Shown piece by piece: positions 8,950-18,429 of a DNA stretch of 64,000 nucleotides (position 1 is the first letter of the stretch; every line of letters starts with the position of its first letter). This DNA is from a virus. The translations under genes and the position numbers were made by a program. Under the pieces are notes generated by a model. That model was not told the origin of the DNA and searched no databases. It saw only the letters and a program-made list of their open reading frames with translations. The stretch is taken from the IMG/VR virus record IMGVR_UViG_3300029787_005452, positions 96,001 through 160,000 of that record; one strand, written 5' to 3'.

Positions 8950-9621
8950 ATGTGTGGTATTTACTGTAGTAATGATTTAACTTCTTTTGAAGTCTTACAA
9001 CAAGCTAATAAAGAAAGGGGTAACTTTTCCTCAGGTATATTTTATTGTTATAATAAAGCAAATTATAATATAGTCAAAGAAAAAGGTAATATAGACTGGG
9101 AAAAAACTGTATTACCTAGTGAAAAAGGACATTTATATCTTGGCCATAATCAGGCCCCGACGGAAACCGGTAGGGACTGGGAAGAAGAAACATCTCACCC
9201 GTTCTGGATCGGGGATTGGATAGTAGCTCATAACGGTGTATTAACAAATTTTAATGAATTAATCGATGAATATGTACCTATGCATGATAACCCTGTTGAT
9301 AGTAGTATAATACCAGCATTATTGGATGAATTCGAATATACGCACGGTCCTTGTGAGGATGCTGAAACTGAAGTACAGAATATTTTATACACTATAGAAA
9401 AACTTAAAGGTACTTTTGCTCTTTGGATAGTAAACATAAAAACGATGAATGTTTATATAGCAAGACAAGGTAGTACGTTGTTTTATAAAGACGCTAATAT
9501 ATCATCAATTAAAGGTCAAGGTTATAAAGAAGTATTACAGGGTGTGCTTTATAACTTTTCATATGAAGGTCTAACAGAGTTAGATGGATTCGTATATGAC
9601 TCACCATTTTTAACATTATGA
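8950..9621 (+). CDS. Class II (Ntn) glutamine amidotransferase domain, stand-alone
   Basis: N-terminal MCGI (Cys1 nucleophile), LGHNQAPT, SHPF, AHNGVLTN oxyanion motif, VDS, LKGTFA. Confidence 0.85.
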   Translation: MCGIYCSNDLTSFEVLQQANKERGNFSSGIFYCYNKANYNIVKEKGNIDWEKTVLPSEKGHLYLGHNQAPTETGRDWEEETSHPFWIGDWIVAHNGVLTNFNELIDEYVPMHDNPVDSSIIPALLDEFEYTHGPCEDAETEVQNILYTIEKLKGTFALWIVNIKTMNVYIARQGSTLFYKDANISSIKGQGYKEVLQGVLYNFSYEGLTELDGFVYDSPFLTL

Positions 9622-10094
9622 ATATAAATTACGTTACAATTAATGAATTAACTGAAATAGATAAGTTAAGATTTATAAAATTTATCTATGATAATACTAA
9701 TTCTTTTATTTTAAATACTTTTGGACATACTTGGTCAGGTAGAGACTGGTGGTCAAAGTATCCGATTGAAGTATGTGTTGATGATGAAGGTAAAGTACTA
9801 GGTTTACATGCATATACAGTGAATGATAAATTTGAAGATACTTTAAAGACTTATTATATAGTAACTTCTAAAGGTAGTAGAGGTAAAGGTATTGCTAAAA
9901 TATTAATAAAAAATGCTATCTATAAAAATAAAGATAAAATAAATTTTTATTATGTTAATTCAGATACAAAAAGCGAAGGGGCTATTTTTTATAAAAAATG
10001 GTTAGGTGAAAATTTTACTCTTGAAGATAATGATTTTAATTCCCAAGATATAATCTTTAAGGAACCTATTTATAATATAATAGATGAAGTATAG
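9618..10094 (+). CDS. GNAT-family acetyltransferase
   Basis: Acetyl-CoA motif A YIVTSKGSRGKGIAKILI, then N...AIFYKK. Confidence 0.75.
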   Translation: MNINYVTINELTEIDKLRFIKFIYDNTNSFILNTFGHTWSGRDWWSKYPIEVCVDDEGKVLGLHAYTVNDKFEDTLKTYYIVTSKGSRGKGIAKILIKNAIYKNKDKINFYYVNSDTKSEGAIFYKKWLGENFTLEDNDFNSQDIIFKEPIYNIIDEV

Positions 10095-10431
10095 CAAACA
10101 ACTTAAAAAAACCGGTAAACCTCGTCAATTTGAAACTGGTGCCCAAAGAGATAATGCAGATAATAAGTTACGTATGAGTTTAGTACCTCATAAAGCTTTA
10201 AATGACGTAATGGTTAGATATCTGCAAGGTGCAGATGCTTACGGAGAAAATAATTGGAAGAAAGGTATGAAGCATTCAGTCTTATATGATAGTACTATGA
10301 GACATTTAATGCAAGATTTTACAGGTGATAATACAGAAGATCATTTAGGAGCAGCTTTATGGAATATTATGGGTATGATTTGGAATAGAGATAATAAACC
10401 AGAAATGGATGATAGAAAAGATTATAAATGA
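10084..10431 (+). CDS. DUF5664-type dATP/dGTP diphosphohydrolase-like protein
   Basis: RQFETGAQRD, KLRMSLVP, GADAYGENNWKKGM, STMRHL, EDHLGAALWN. Confidence 0.75.
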   Translation: MKYSKQLKKTGKPRQFETGAQRDNADNKLRMSLVPHKALNDVMVRYLQGADAYGENNWKKGMKHSVLYDSTMRHLMQDFTGDNTEDHLGAALWNIMGMIWNRDNKPEMDDRKDYK

Positions 10432-11084
10432 AATGCAAAATATATACAGCTACAAAAGGGTTAAAAGAAGATACGTTACTATATAAATCCCTTAATATAA
10501 AATATTACGATATACCAGTACATTATGAAGAAAAAAATACTAAAAGTTTGCAAAGCTGTTATAACAGCTTTTTGGAGGACGCTCGTAATAATAACGTTGA
10601 TATCTGCGTATTTGTTCATGATGACGTTTTTATTAATTGCAGGGATTTGTTGCATAGGTTGGACGATTATGGAAAAATGTATACAGTTTTTGGTCTCGCA
10701 GGGGCTAGCACATGCAAGGTTAAAGAACCTGCTTTATGGCATCTTATGTCCGAAAGAAAAGACCAAAGAGGAAATGTTGCTCACGGACATCCTGTCCAAT
10801 ATCAGTATACTTCGTTTGGTCCTATTCCAGGTCGTGTTTTGGTTATTGATGGGGTCTTTATCGGTATTAATATACGAAATTTACCAACTAATGTAAAATT
10901 TGATGAGTCTTACCCGTCTAAGTTTCATTACTATGATTTAGATTTTAGTCTGGAATGCAATAAAAATAGTGTTAAAATAGGTGTAGTGGATATACCAATA
11001 ATACATTCAAGTCCAGGGTTAACTAACCCTACCAAAGAATTCTATGAAGGTCAAAAATATTTTATAAACAAATGGAAGAAGTAG
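10428..11084 (+). CDS. GT-A / family 2-like glycosyltransferase
   Basis: FVHDDV DxD motif, GLAG, VIDGVFIG, FHYYDLDFSL, IIHSSPG. Confidence 0.8.
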   Translation: MKCKIYTATKGLKEDTLLYKSLNIKYYDIPVHYEEKNTKSLQSCYNSFLEDARNNNVDICVFVHDDVFINCRDLLHRLDDYGKMYTVFGLAGASTCKVKEPALWHLMSERKDQRGNVAHGHPVQYQYTSFGPIPGRVLVIDGVFIGINIRNLPTNVKFDESYPSKFHYYDLDFSLECNKNSVKIGVVDIPIIHSSPGLTNPTKEFYEGQKYFINKWKK

Positions 11085-12412
11085 GAAGATTAAATTTAGA
11101 TTATTATGAGCAGGTTATAATTTATAAGAGTTTAACTAATGAAAGTTATTTAACTCAAATTATAGAACACGTAAAACCTGAATATTTTAATGATAAAAAT
11201 ATTAAGACTGTATTTAGTTTAATAACTAATTTCTATATTAAGAGGCAGAGTATACCTACTATTACTGAATTAAAATCATACTTAATTAATGATGAACTTA
11301 AGGAAAGTTTTAGATCAGTTGTAAAGAATTTTCCTAATATTGATAAGAATTTTAATGATGAAGAATTAACTTCTAATACTGAACGTTTCTTAAAAGAAAG
11401 GGCAATTTATAATACAATGTTATCTGTTGCTGAGGATGTCAGTAAAGGTGAAGTAAACACGAGTTTTATTTTAGATAGTTTCGAAAAAAGTTGTAATGTT
11501 AATTTAAAGGAAGATATAGGTTTAGATTTATTTGAAAATATTGATAAAGTCGTAGAAGATCTAAATATAGATCAACCTACTATACCTTCAGGTTGGAAAT
11601 GGTTAGATGATAAAATAGATGGAGGTTTCTTAGAAAATGGTAGGTCGTTATATGTATTTGCTGGTGAATCAAACGTCGGTAAATCTATATTTTTAGGTAA
11701 TATAGCCTGTAATATAGCCTCTAAAGGTAAGACAGTTTTAGTTATAAGTCTTGAAATGTCAGAGATGATATATGCAAGAAGATTATCATCTAATATAACT
11801 AGAATACCGATGAAAGAGTTAAAAGGAGCTGGTCAATCTTTATCAGCTCAAATAAAAAGTTACAATAATGGTAAACCTAATAGTAAAATTTTAATTAAAG
11901 AGTTTCCTCCTAGTACTGTTACACCGCAGAATATACAAGGTTATATTACTGAACTAAAAAATAGAGGTATTAAAGTAGATGCAGTAGTTCTTGATTATTT
12001 AAATCTATTAAAAAGTCCTCTCGGTGATAATTCTTATGAAAGGGTAAAGCATGTTGCTGAAGGTATACGAGCATTGAGTTATGTTTTTGAATGTCCGTTT
12101 ATTTCTGCTACTCAGTTAAATAGATCTGGTTATGATGAAGAGAATCCTGGTTTAGATACTATATCTGAATCTATTGGAATGGCTGCTACTGCTGACTGTA
12201 TCTTTAGTATATTTCAAGATGATGAAGATAAGGAGTTAGGTATAGTTAAAATGGGTATGATGAAAAATAGATATGGTGCTAATTATGGTTATACCGCATT
12301 AAGGTTAAATTACGATACGTTGACTATTTCAGAAGATGAAACGTTAAACGTTGATGATGAAGGTAGCGAGATGTCTGATTTAACTAATACTCTTAACTTG
12401 TTGAGTAATTAA
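11072..12412 (+). CDS. gp41: DnaB-like replicative helicase (gp41)
   Basis: Walker A AGESNVGKS, ISLEMSE, IKEFPP, VVLDYLNLL, SATQLNRSGY, ISESIG, KNRYG. Confidence 0.95.
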   Translation: MEEVGRLNLDYYEQVIIYKSLTNESYLTQIIEHVKPEYFNDKNIKTVFSLITNFYIKRQSIPTITELKSYLINDELKESFRSVVKNFPNIDKNFNDEELTSNTERFLKERAIYNTMLSVAEDVSKGEVNTSFILDSFEKSCNVNLKEDIGLDLFENIDKVVEDLNIDQPTIPSGWKWLDDKIDGGFLENGRSLYVFAGESNVGKSIFLGNIACNIASKGKTVLVISLEMSEMIYARRLSSNITRIPMKELKGAGQSLSAQIKSYNNGKPNSKILIKEFPPSTVTPQNIQGYITELKNRGIKVDAVVLDYLNLLKSPLGDNSYERVKHVAEGIRALSYVFECPFISATQLNRSGYDEENPGLDTISESIGMAATADCIFSIFQDDEDKELGIVKMGMMKNRYGANYGYTALRLNYDTLTISEDETLNVDDEGSEMSDLTNTLNLLSN

Positions 12413-12422
12413 AAAGAGGAAC

Positions 12423-12428
12423 TAAATA
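12423..12428 (+). promoter_or_regulatory. T4-like late promoter
   Basis: TAAATA-N6-ATG(12435). Confidence 0.55.
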
Positions 12429-12434
12429 AAATAA

Positions 12435-13310
12435 ATGCCTAAGATCCATATAATTACAGATGCAGATCTCGATGGAGCTGGTTCATACCTTTGTTTAAAG
12501 CAAGCATATAAAGATACTACATTAACATATTCAGTAACTACAGAAAAAAAGTTTATTAATGATATAGCATACTTTAAATTTGAAGATTACGATCTAGTAA
12601 TTATTAGTGATTTAAATTTAAAAGAAAGTGAAATTAGACTATGTGATCTTAAAAATGTAATTGTAATAGACCATCATGCTGAACATATGCAGCTAATAGA
12701 TAATTATAAAAATGCAAAACCTATAATAAAAGATTATACATCTTGTACAAAATTAATATATGATACTTTTAAGTTAGAAAATAAGTTAAATAAAAATCAA
12801 AAATTATTGGTCAAATTAGTTGATGATTATGACAGTTATACTCTAAATTTACCATTTAGTAAACCATTAAATCAAGTATTTTGGTCTTATACTGGTGATA
12901 GAGTTAGTAAATTTGAAAATGATTTTAAAAATGGTTTCTTTGGTTTTAATCAGTTTCAAAAAAATGCTTTAAAAATTATAGAAAATAAAATTGAAAGGTT
13001 TTTTAAAGAAGAAACGATACATAGAGGTAACTTAAAAATAGGCGACAAAAATTATGACGTTGCAGGGGTTGTGGTAACTTTTAGTCCTAATGAAATAGCA
13101 GAGCGAATAATTAATAATTATGGGGTAGATTTTGTAATAATGGTCAACCTTGCTGGTAAAAGTGTTTATATGAGACGTAGTGAGTGTTGCTCTTTAAATA
13201 TGGGTAAAATAGCTGCAAAATTGATGAACGGTGGAGGTCATGCAGATGCTGCTGGGGGAACTTTAAATGATACGGTCATTAATATTACTAAATTACTTAA
13301 TAAAATTTAA
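12435..13310 (+). CDS. DHH/DHHA1 phosphoesterase
   Basis: DADLDG, ISDL, IDHH, SCT, C-terminal GGGHADAAGG. Confidence 0.85.
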   Translation: MPKIHIITDADLDGAGSYLCLKQAYKDTTLTYSVTTEKKFINDIAYFKFEDYDLVIISDLNLKESEIRLCDLKNVIVIDHHAEHMQLIDNYKNAKPIIKDYTSCTKLIYDTFKLENKLNKNQKLLVKLVDDYDSYTLNLPFSKPLNQVFWSYTGDRVSKFENDFKNGFFGFNQFQKNALKIIENKIERFFKEETIHRGNLKIGDKNYDVAGVVVTFSPNEIAERIINNYGVDFVIMVNLAGKSVYMRRSECCSLNMGKIAAKLMNGGGHADAAGGTLNDTVINITKLLNKI

Positions 13311-13595
13311 ATGCGAAATAATATACCATACGAGAGAATACAGGTAAATGAATATGAACGTTCTTTTTATTCATTTTGTACTTTTGTTGCTCTTTTACAC
13401 GATAAAAAGATGAATTTTGCAACTGTTTTTCTTAAAATACTTGAAAATAAAGCTTTACGTGATATATTCATTAGTATTATAGAAGAAGAAAATGAATTTA
13501 CTGCTATAAAAAAATATATAGAGACTGAACCTTCAGTTACTAAAAGTAAGTACGTTACTAAATTTTTAAATAGGTTCGACGGGTTTGATGACTGA
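13311..13595 (+). CDS. Hypothetical protein
   Basis: 94 aa, ATG directly after upstream TAA; sits where T4 has gp33 but no motif recognised. Confidence 0.5.
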   Translation: MRNNIPYERIQVNEYERSFYSFCTFVALLHDKKMNFATVFLKILENKALRDIFISIIEEENEFTAIKKYIETEPSVTKSKYVTKFLNRFDGFDD

Positions 13596-14220
13596 AATAC
13601 AAAAAATAATTTATAATAATTTTTTAGAAGTTAGTAAAAAGATCAATAACAAACCAGTAAAGTATAGAAAGAATTTTGATAATTTTCCGGATGAAAATTA
13701 TATTATTATCAATAAATTAAGTAATTTTTTCTATAAATTTAAACATTTAAAAATAAAAGATTTTTTTGAAGCTCCATATTTTGTATATGATGAAAATTAT
13801 TTTGATTTAAAATTTTATTTAGGACCTAAAGCAATAAAAGCTTATACTCTATACAATGATAAGTTTCTTTTAAATAATCCAGATGATGATAAAACATTAT
13901 CTAAAATGCAAGAATCGATAAAATTTATTTACAATTACTGTAAAGATAAAAATATTAATATTAAAGATTACCTTACAATAAAAGAAGGTGAATATAACGT
14001 TTTTCTTAAACATATTAAAAATAGAGATATTATAATCTTTATATTATTTGCTTTTAGTAATTTTGAAAAGGTAATTGGTTCTATAGATACCGAGATAAAA
14101 ACTATGTATAGTTCTAATTTTTCTCGTTTAAATTATATTAGAACAAAATACTATTCTAGCTCTAAAGCAAAGAAAATAATTAATAATTTTAGAATATTCG
14201 TTGATAATCAAAAAGTATAG
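13588..14220 (+). CDS. Probable helicase loader (gp59-like)
   Basis: About 210 aa, basic and aromatic-rich, directly upstream of gp32 as gp59 is in T4; mainly positional. Confidence 0.45.
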   Translation: MTEIQKIIYNNFLEVSKKINNKPVKYRKNFDNFPDENYIIINKLSNFFYKFKHLKIKDFFEAPYFVYDENYFDLKFYLGPKAIKAYTLYNDKFLLNNPDDDKTLSKMQESIKFIYNYCKDKNINIKDYLTIKEGEYNVFLKHIKNRDIIIFILFAFSNFEKVIGSIDTEIKTMYSSNFSRLNYIRTKYYSSSKAKKIINNFRIFVDNQKV

Positions 14221-14228
14221 TCTATAAT
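14201..14228 (+). promoter_or_regulatory. sigma70-type promoter for ssDNA-binding protein
   Basis: TTGATA-N16-TATAAT-N6-ATG(14235). Confidence 0.75.
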
Positions 14229-14234
14229 AAAAAT

Positions 14235-15092
14235 ATGAGTAATATAACAAGTTCAATGTTCGATAGTATTAAGTCTGCATTAGCAGCAGATAATGATAAT
14301 AATAAAAGTGCAATAGGTGATATCTTAAAGACGCCTCCTGGTAATACCTTTACTGTAAGGCTACTACCATATGCTAAAGATCCTTCTAAGACGTTCTTTC
14401 ATTATTATCAGCATGGTTGGAATAGTTTTGCTACTGGTCAATATACTAGTGCAATCTCTCTTCAAACCTTTGGTGAAAGGGATCCAATAGCTGAAGAACG
14501 TTATAAGATTCTTCGTACTGGTAATGAAGAAGAAAAAGAAAAGGCTAAGGCAATTGTGCGTTCTGAGAAATGGTTAGTTAACGTATATGTTGTTAATGAC
14601 CCTGTTAATCCTGAAAATAATGGTAAGGTTAAAATGCTTCGTTATGGTAAGCAAATTCATAATATTATTACCGATGCAATTGAAGGTGAAGATGCAGCTG
14701 AATTAGGTCCTCGTATATTTGATCTAGGTCCAGACGGAGTTAACTTTAGAGTTAAGGTTGAGAAGCAAGGTGACTTTCCGACTTATGTATCTTCTAAGTT
14801 TGGTATGCCGAGTGCAATTGATAATCTAGATGAAGATCGTCATAACGAAATTTATAAAAATGTATTCGAACTATCTAGTGTATTTAGCGTTAAGAGTGCA
14901 AATGAACTCAAGACGATGATGGATGAGCATTATTATGTTAGAGATTCATCAACTGATAATAACGTAGTTGTTGATAATCCTATAGAAGAAACCCCGGCGA
15001 CGACTCCGGTGGCAGCTCCTGTTGTTGAAACTAAAAAGGATGATAACGAAGATGAAGTTCTGAAAGAATTGCTTGAAGGTTTAGACGTTTAG
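14235..15092 (+). CDS. gp32: Single-stranded DNA-binding protein (gp32), Zn-free type
   Basis: VRLLP, YYQHGW, LQTFGERDPIAE, WLVNVYVVNDPVNPENNGKV, YGKQI, IFDL..G.NF.VKV, acidic tail. Confidence 0.92.
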   Translation: MSNITSSMFDSIKSALAADNDNNKSAIGDILKTPPGNTFTVRLLPYAKDPSKTFFHYYQHGWNSFATGQYTSAISLQTFGERDPIAEERYKILRTGNEEEKEKAKAIVRSEKWLVNVYVVNDPVNPENNGKVKMLRYGKQIHNIITDAIEGEDAAELGPRIFDLGPDGVNFRVKVEKQGDFPTYVSSKFGMPSAIDNLDEDRHNEIYKNVFELSSVFSVKSANELKTMMDEHYYVRDSSTDNNVVVDNPIEETPATTPVAAPVVETKKDDNEDEVLKELLEGLDV

Positions 15093-15096
15093 TAAA

Positions 15097-15678
15097 ATGA
15101 GCGATCAAATGCCAGAAATGATTCCTGTACCCGAGAATCAACCTTCAGGTGAGGCTGTTCCTGAAATGACCAGGCAACTATCACCTGACGAGGAAAGAGC
15201 TACATTACTTAATTTTATGGGTAATATGTATGGGGAAGCTAAAAAAATGGATAGCAATATTATTGCACCCTCTACTACTTTACAAAGAGGTAAAAGTGAG
15301 GAGTTAAAAAAACAAATTGAACAAGTTTATACTCAGCCTCAGCAATCTGCGCAACCAGCCCCATTGGAAGCGCAGGTTGCTAAACATGAACCTTTACAAT
15401 CAAATCCTAATGAAGCTCAACCTAATAAAGTAACTATAAATCAACCTGTTGATACACTTATTGAAACTCCTGTTGATATAAATCAACTAACTTTAAATTT
15501 TAACACTAGTGAAAAAGATGAATTATTTTTAATGGTAGAAAAAATGTTGAATAGATTAGATAAGTTGCATATAAAAGTTGATAATATAAGCAAAAGTATT
15601 GAAAATAATAATGTAACATCCTTACCAATTAAAAAGATTGCAAAAAAAAAATCAGTTAAATCGAAAGAGGAAATATAA
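15097..15678 (+). CDS. Hypothetical protein, Pro/Gln-rich with C-terminal coiled coil
   Basis: 193 aa between gp32 and gp45. Confidence 0.6.
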   Translation: MSDQMPEMIPVPENQPSGEAVPEMTRQLSPDEERATLLNFMGNMYGEAKKMDSNIIAPSTTLQRGKSEELKKQIEQVYTQPQQSAQPAPLEAQVAKHEPLQSNPNEAQPNKVTINQPVDTLIETPVDINQLTLNFNTSEKDELFLMVEKMLNRLDKLHIKVDNISKSIENNNVTSLPIKKIAKKKSVKSKEEI

Positions 15679-15695
15679 TATAATAGACTTAGTAT

Positions 15696-16430
15696 ATGGG
15701 TTATTTAAAAATAAAAAATAAAAAAGATTTCGTTTCTAACTTTCTTGTACCGGTATCAAATTTAAATGATGCATGTATTCTATCGATAGAAGGTGATAAT
15801 ATTTGTTGTACGTTGGCATCAGCAGATGCAACTATTGTGTGTAAGACTAGTATTGCAATAGATACAGATTTAAAAGATAGTATGACTTTAAACTTACCGG
15901 ATATTAAAAAACTTATTCGGGTTTTAGATATTATACCTTCTGTTGATATTGAATTACAAATTAATGAAAATAATATTTCTTTCAATAAAGATGGTTATAA
16001 ATTTAAGTATCATTTATTAGATGATGGTATAATTAAGCAACCTTCGTTAAATGTAGAAAAAATTAAAAAGTTAGAATTTAATACTAAGTTTGTAGTAAAA
16101 GAAAAAGAGTTAAATACTCTATTTAAAGGTAGTACGTTTGCTACTGAAACATCAAAGGTCTATCTTTTCGAGGAAGGTAATAAAATTTTTAGTGAATTAG
16201 GGGATAGATCTAGACATAATTCAGATAACTTTGTTTGTCTATTAAGTGATACCTATCAAGGTAATATACAAAAGCCGTTACCAGTTAATTTTGATTCATT
16301 TAGACTTGTTAGTTTTAATGGCAGTAATGAAGTAAATTTCAGTATTAATACTGATATGGGTGTTATAACTTGTAACTTTGAAAAAGGTGAAACCCAATTG
16401 ATTTATATTATTTCTGCATTAATTAATTAA
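15696..16430 (+). CDS. gp45: Sliding clamp (gp45-like)
   Basis: 244 aa alpha/beta pattern, YKFKYHLLDDGIIK, replisome context; TAGACT-N6-ATG upstream. Confidence 0.75.
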   Translation: MGYLKIKNKKDFVSNFLVPVSNLNDACILSIEGDNICCTLASADATIVCKTSIAIDTDLKDSMTLNLPDIKKLIRVLDIIPSVDIELQINENNISFNKDGYKFKYHLLDDGIIKQPSLNVEKIKKLEFNTKFVVKEKELNTLFKGSTFATETSKVYLFEEGNKIFSELGDRSRHNSDNFVCLLSDTYQGNIQKPLPVNFDSFRLVSFNGSNEVNFSINTDMGVITCNFEKGETQLIYIISALIN

Positions 16431-16431
16431 T

Positions 16432-16785
16432 ATGAAAGATTGGTCAGAACATAAAGTAAAAAATAAAATTAAGACCCCTGGTTATTTTATAAAAAGGTTA
16501 AAAGATAGTGGTTTCGTAGTTTTAAAAATGTTTAATGCTTATAGTCAAGCTGACCCGAGAAGATGGTCATGTTTGATCGACCCCGGGGTATCGAGTGTTT
16601 ACGTTACATGTTTTACTAATAAGGATGAAAAAGGTGAAGTTTTATTTGAATTTGATGATGGTGGTAATAACTTTAAAAAAGGATTTTATTTAAAAACTGA
16701 TAGCATTGAAGTAATAATTAATCAATTAATTGAAAAAGGTATAAGTAATGACCCCAAAGAAAACCCATTTGGTAGACTTAAATAA
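16432..16785 (+). CDS. Hypothetical protein
   Basis: 117 aa, 1 nt after gp45 stop. Confidence 0.6.
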   Translation: MKDWSEHKVKNKIKTPGYFIKRLKDSGFVVLKMFNAYSQADPRRWSCLIDPGVSSVYVTCFTNKDEKGEVLFEFDDGGNNFKKGFYLKTDSIEVIINQLIEKGISNDPKENPFGRLK

Positions 16786-16789
16786 TATT

Positions 16790-17098
16790 ATGAATGAGGA
16801 TAGTAAAGACGATAAAAAAGAAGAAGAAATCGTCAATAAGTCTATTGATCTACAAACTGAAAAGGTGATAAGAGAAGCTCTAAAAACGTTTGTAAATGAA
16901 AAATTAAAAGATAGAAAAACTGATGATGAGATTGAAGCTATGGTTTCTACTTGTGCAGAGTTTATGAAATGTTTTGTAATTATGGGTTATGATTTTGAAG
17001 GTAAAGCTATTAAACCTATTTTTTATGCTAAAAATGATTTGGATGGAGATGCTTTAGGTCAGTACATTCAAAAGTTTATAATGAATTCTATATATTGA
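16790..17098 (+). CDS. Hypothetical late protein (start reassigned from 16748)
   Basis: TAAATA(16779-16784)-N5-ATG(16790). Confidence 0.6.
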   Translation: MNEDSKDDKKEEEIVNKSIDLQTEKVIREALKTFVNEKLKDRKTDDEIEAMVSTCAEFMKCFVIMGYDFEGKAIKPIFYAKNDLDGDALGQYIQKFIMNSIY

Positions 17099-17122
17099 TT
17101 TTTAGATTTTATAAGCTAAAAT
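17095..17122 (+). promoter_or_regulatory. sigma70-type promoter of sugar-nucleotide operon
   Basis: TTGATT-N16-TAAAAT-N6-ATG(17129). Confidence 0.7.
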
Positions 17123-17128
17123 ATATAT

Positions 17129-18001
17129 ATGAATGTATTAATTCTTGGGAAGGGTTATGTAGGTAATCATCTTAAAAAATATCTATCTGAGCAATGGTTA
17201 CCAGATAATGATATATTTTTTAAATCAAAAAAAGATTTAGACTATACAAACCCGGAAGTGTTATATAACTTTTGTCTTTCTGAAGATATCGATACAGTAA
17301 TTAATACATCAGGTTATACAGGTGCACCTAATGTAGATGGTTGTGAAGATAATAAAGAAGATTGTTTTTATTATAATGTAAATGTACCGGTAACCGTGGA
17401 AGGCATTTGCAAATCTTTAGATATAAATTTTATCCATATAGGGTCAGGTTGTATTTATGGTGGTTATGATAAAGAATATACCGAAGATGATAAACCTAAT
17501 TTTGGTGTATTTGAAAAAGAATCAAGTTTTTATAGTAAAACGAAACATATATCTGAAATGTTGCTTGATACAAATTTTACTAATATTATTAGAATTAGAA
17601 TGCCGATTGAAAGTAAATTAACTAAGAAAAATTTGTTAACTAAACTTATTAATTACCCAAATTTAGTTGATTTTGTTAATAGTAAAACAGATATGGTAGT
17701 TTTATGTAAATTTATTGAAACTGTAATAAAAAATTTTAAAGCTGGTATATATAATGCAGTTCACCATGGTTCATTAGGTACCGATGAAGTTATTGACATT
17801 TTAAAAGAATACGGTATTCAAAATAATAATTGGAAGTTTATACCTTACGATGAATTAGAAATAAAATGCAATAGGAGTAATTGTATATTATCTAATCAAA
17901 AAGCCAAAGATGATTTTAATTTTGACTTTGGTGATGAAGAATACTATTTAAGATTAAACGCATCTTTAATTGAGAAGGAATCAAAATGGAAAAAGAATTA
18001 G
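17129..18001 (+). CDS. NDP-4-keto-6-deoxyglucose 3,5-epimerase/4-reductase (NRS/ER, RmlD-like SDR)
   Basis: ILGKGYVG, GYTGAPNVDGCE, HIGSGCIY, YTEDDKPNF, FYSKTK resemble NRS/ER signatures. Confidence 0.75.
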   Translation: MNVLILGKGYVGNHLKKYLSEQWLPDNDIFFKSKKDLDYTNPEVLYNFCLSEDIDTVINTSGYTGAPNVDGCEDNKEDCFYYNVNVPVTVEGICKSLDINFIHIGSGCIYGGYDKEYTEDDKPNFGVFEKESSFYSKTKHISEMLLDTNFTNIIRIRMPIESKLTKKNLLTKLINYPNLVDFVNSKTDMVVLCKFIETVIKNFKAGIYNAVHHGSLGTDEVIDILKEYGIQNNNWKFIPYDELEIKCNRSNCILSNQKAKDDFNFDFGDEEYYLRLNASLIEKESKWKKN

Positions 18002-18429
18002 TGGGGTTTACAGCTGGTAACTTTGATTTATTACACCCAGGTTACATATACACTTTTGAAGAAGCAAAAAAACACTGTGATAGATTTTTAGTTTTCTTGC
18101 AAAAAGATCCATCAGCTACAAGATACACAAAATATAAACCTGTTATACCTTATTATGAAAGATATAAGACTTTAATGGCAATTCAGTATGTCGACGATGT
18201 TTATATGTACCAAACAGAAGAAGAATTAATAGAATTAATTAAATTCTTCAAACCTGATATCAGAATATTAGGTGAAGATTACATCGGTAAATCATTTACA
18301 GGGGATGACCTACCACCAAAAGTTATATATACAACTCGTTCACATGAATGGTCCACGACTAGAATAAAAGATTTAATTACTAAGCAAACAATTAAACAGA
18401 ATCCTAATATTATTAATAATGGAAAATAA
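17986..18429 (+). CDS. Cytidylyltransferase (TagD/RfaE-C-like)
   Basis: FTAGNFDLLHPGY (HxGH variant), ERYKTLMAIQYVDDV, LGEDY, WSTTRI. Confidence 0.8.
   Translation: MEKELVGFTAGNFDLLHPGYIYTFEEAKKHCDRFLVFLQKDPSATRYTKYKPVIPYYERYKTLMAIQYVDDVYMYQTEEELIELIKFFKPDIRILGEDYIGKSFTGDDLPPKVIYTTRSHEWSTTRIKDLITKQTIKQNPNIINNGK

Noticed and set aside
10084-10431. 2-aminoadenine (Z) genome
   Set aside because: A DUF5664-like gene alone is insufficient; no purZ or datZ recognised in the window
13311-13595. gp33 late coactivator
   Set aside because: Only position and size fit; no recognisable motif or clamp-binding tail
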